Of a stretch of 24,000 nucleotides of DNA, positions 23,519-24,000 are shown piece by piece (positions within the stretch are counted from its first letter, which is position 1; every line of letters begins with the position of its first letter). The stretch spans positions 596-24,595 of the forward strand of contig CALMGU010000102.1 of NCBI GenBank assembly GCA_937865685.1. The letters run 5' to 3'. The notes beneath the pieces are model-generated. The model was not told where the DNA came from, did not search any database, and saw only the letters and a program-made list of their open reading frames with translations. The stretch is from an uncultured Alphaproteobacteria bacterium (GTDB lineage: Bacteria; Pseudomonadota; Alphaproteobacteria; Micropepsales; Micropepsaceae). The position numbers and the translations under genes were made by a program.

Positions 23519-24000
23519 CTAACGCAGCCCGGCCAGCGCGGCGTGCCCGCGGGGACCGGAGAAATATTCGTGAATCCAGGGCGTGGTGTCTTTGCGCAAT
23601 TCCTCGATCGTTCCGGTCTTGATCTTCTTGTCGACCAGGACGGCGATGCGGTCGGTGATGGCGGCAAGACTGTCCAGGTCGTGCGTGACCATGAAGACCG
23701 TCAAGCCCAGGCCTTCCTGAAGCTCGGCGATCAGTTCGTCGAATTGGTTGGCGGAAATCGGGTCCAGGCCCGAAGTCGGTTCGTCCAGGAACAGCAGCTC
23801 CGGATCGAGCGCCAAAGCGCGGGCAAGACCCGCGCGCTTTTTCATGCCGCCGGAAAGCTCGGACGGAAGCTTTTGCGCCGTGTCGGGCGGCAATCCCACC
23901 AGCGCGATCTTCATCGCCGCGATCTCGTCCATCAATTCCTGGGACATGGGCGTATATTCGCGCAAGGGCACCTGGATATTTTCCGCGATCGTCTGGGAGG
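23519..24000 (-). CDS. MlaF-like ABC transporter ATP-binding protein, 5' end outside the window
   Basis: ABC signature LSGGMKKRAGLARAL, Walker B LLFLDEPTSGLD and H-loop VTHD. The reading frame stays open upstream of the GTG at 23971 to base 24000 (..SQTIAENIQVPLREY..), so the Walker A region lies beyond the window. Confidence 0.85.
   Translation of the reverse strand, partial: SQTIAENIQVPLREYTPMSQELMDEIAAMKIALVGLPPDTAQKLPSELSGGMKKRAGLARALALDPELLFLDEPTSGLDPISANQFDELIAELQEGLGLTVFMVTHDLDSLAAITDRIAVLVDKKIKTGTIEELRKDTTPWIHEYFSGPRGHAALAGLR

Noticed and set aside
1-24000. CRISPR arrays, rRNA genes, tandem repeats, insertion sequences, toxin-antitoxin pairs or recognisable phage-defence genes.
   Set aside because: No spaced direct repeats, no long tandem repeats and no nuclease, transposase or integrase motifs were seen on either strand. 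The only DNA-level repetition is the short Gly-codon reiteration inside the VWA gene.

Overview
GC-rich chromosomal window, probably from an alphaproteobacterium, though the taxon cannot be assigned from sequence alone. Genes are tightly packed and almost all ordinary accessory or envelope functions. I support 27 protein-coding genes (two cut by the window edges), one tRNA-Ser(CGA) with a textbook terminator, and a few regulatory candidates. There is no CRISPR array, transposase, integrase or rRNA. Left to right: a DUF2089/small membrane/SHOCT-like operon; rlmJ; a minus-strand run of secreted alpha/beta hydrolase, NHL (PAL-like) beta-propeller and HupE/UreJ-type metal transporter; tRNA-Ser; an orphan 86-aa ORF; a translationally coupled DinB-like / DedA(VTT)::ATP-grasp fusion / NRDE(TANGO2-like) cassette; two more secreted beta-propeller enzymes; DipZ; an HtrA-like protease-MoxR-DUF58-VWA operon; an APC permease coupled to a divergent Mug-like glycosylase; DUF1328; a LysR / Tat-exported class A beta-lactamase pair; and the end of an Mla/MCE-type ABC operon. 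The best candidate for an undescribed system is the DinB / DedA::ATP-grasp / NRDE cassette next to the tRNA. The domains are recognisable, but I know of no characterised pathway with this combination. Other items worth a second look: a perfect 16-bp all-AT palindrome in the divergent SMP-30-like/dipZ promoter region; the protease-containing MoxR-VWA operon, whose VWA domain carries a Gly/Phe-rich insertion; and a Mug homologue lacking the catalytic Asn motif. All functional calls rest on motif recognition by eye. No database search was run.
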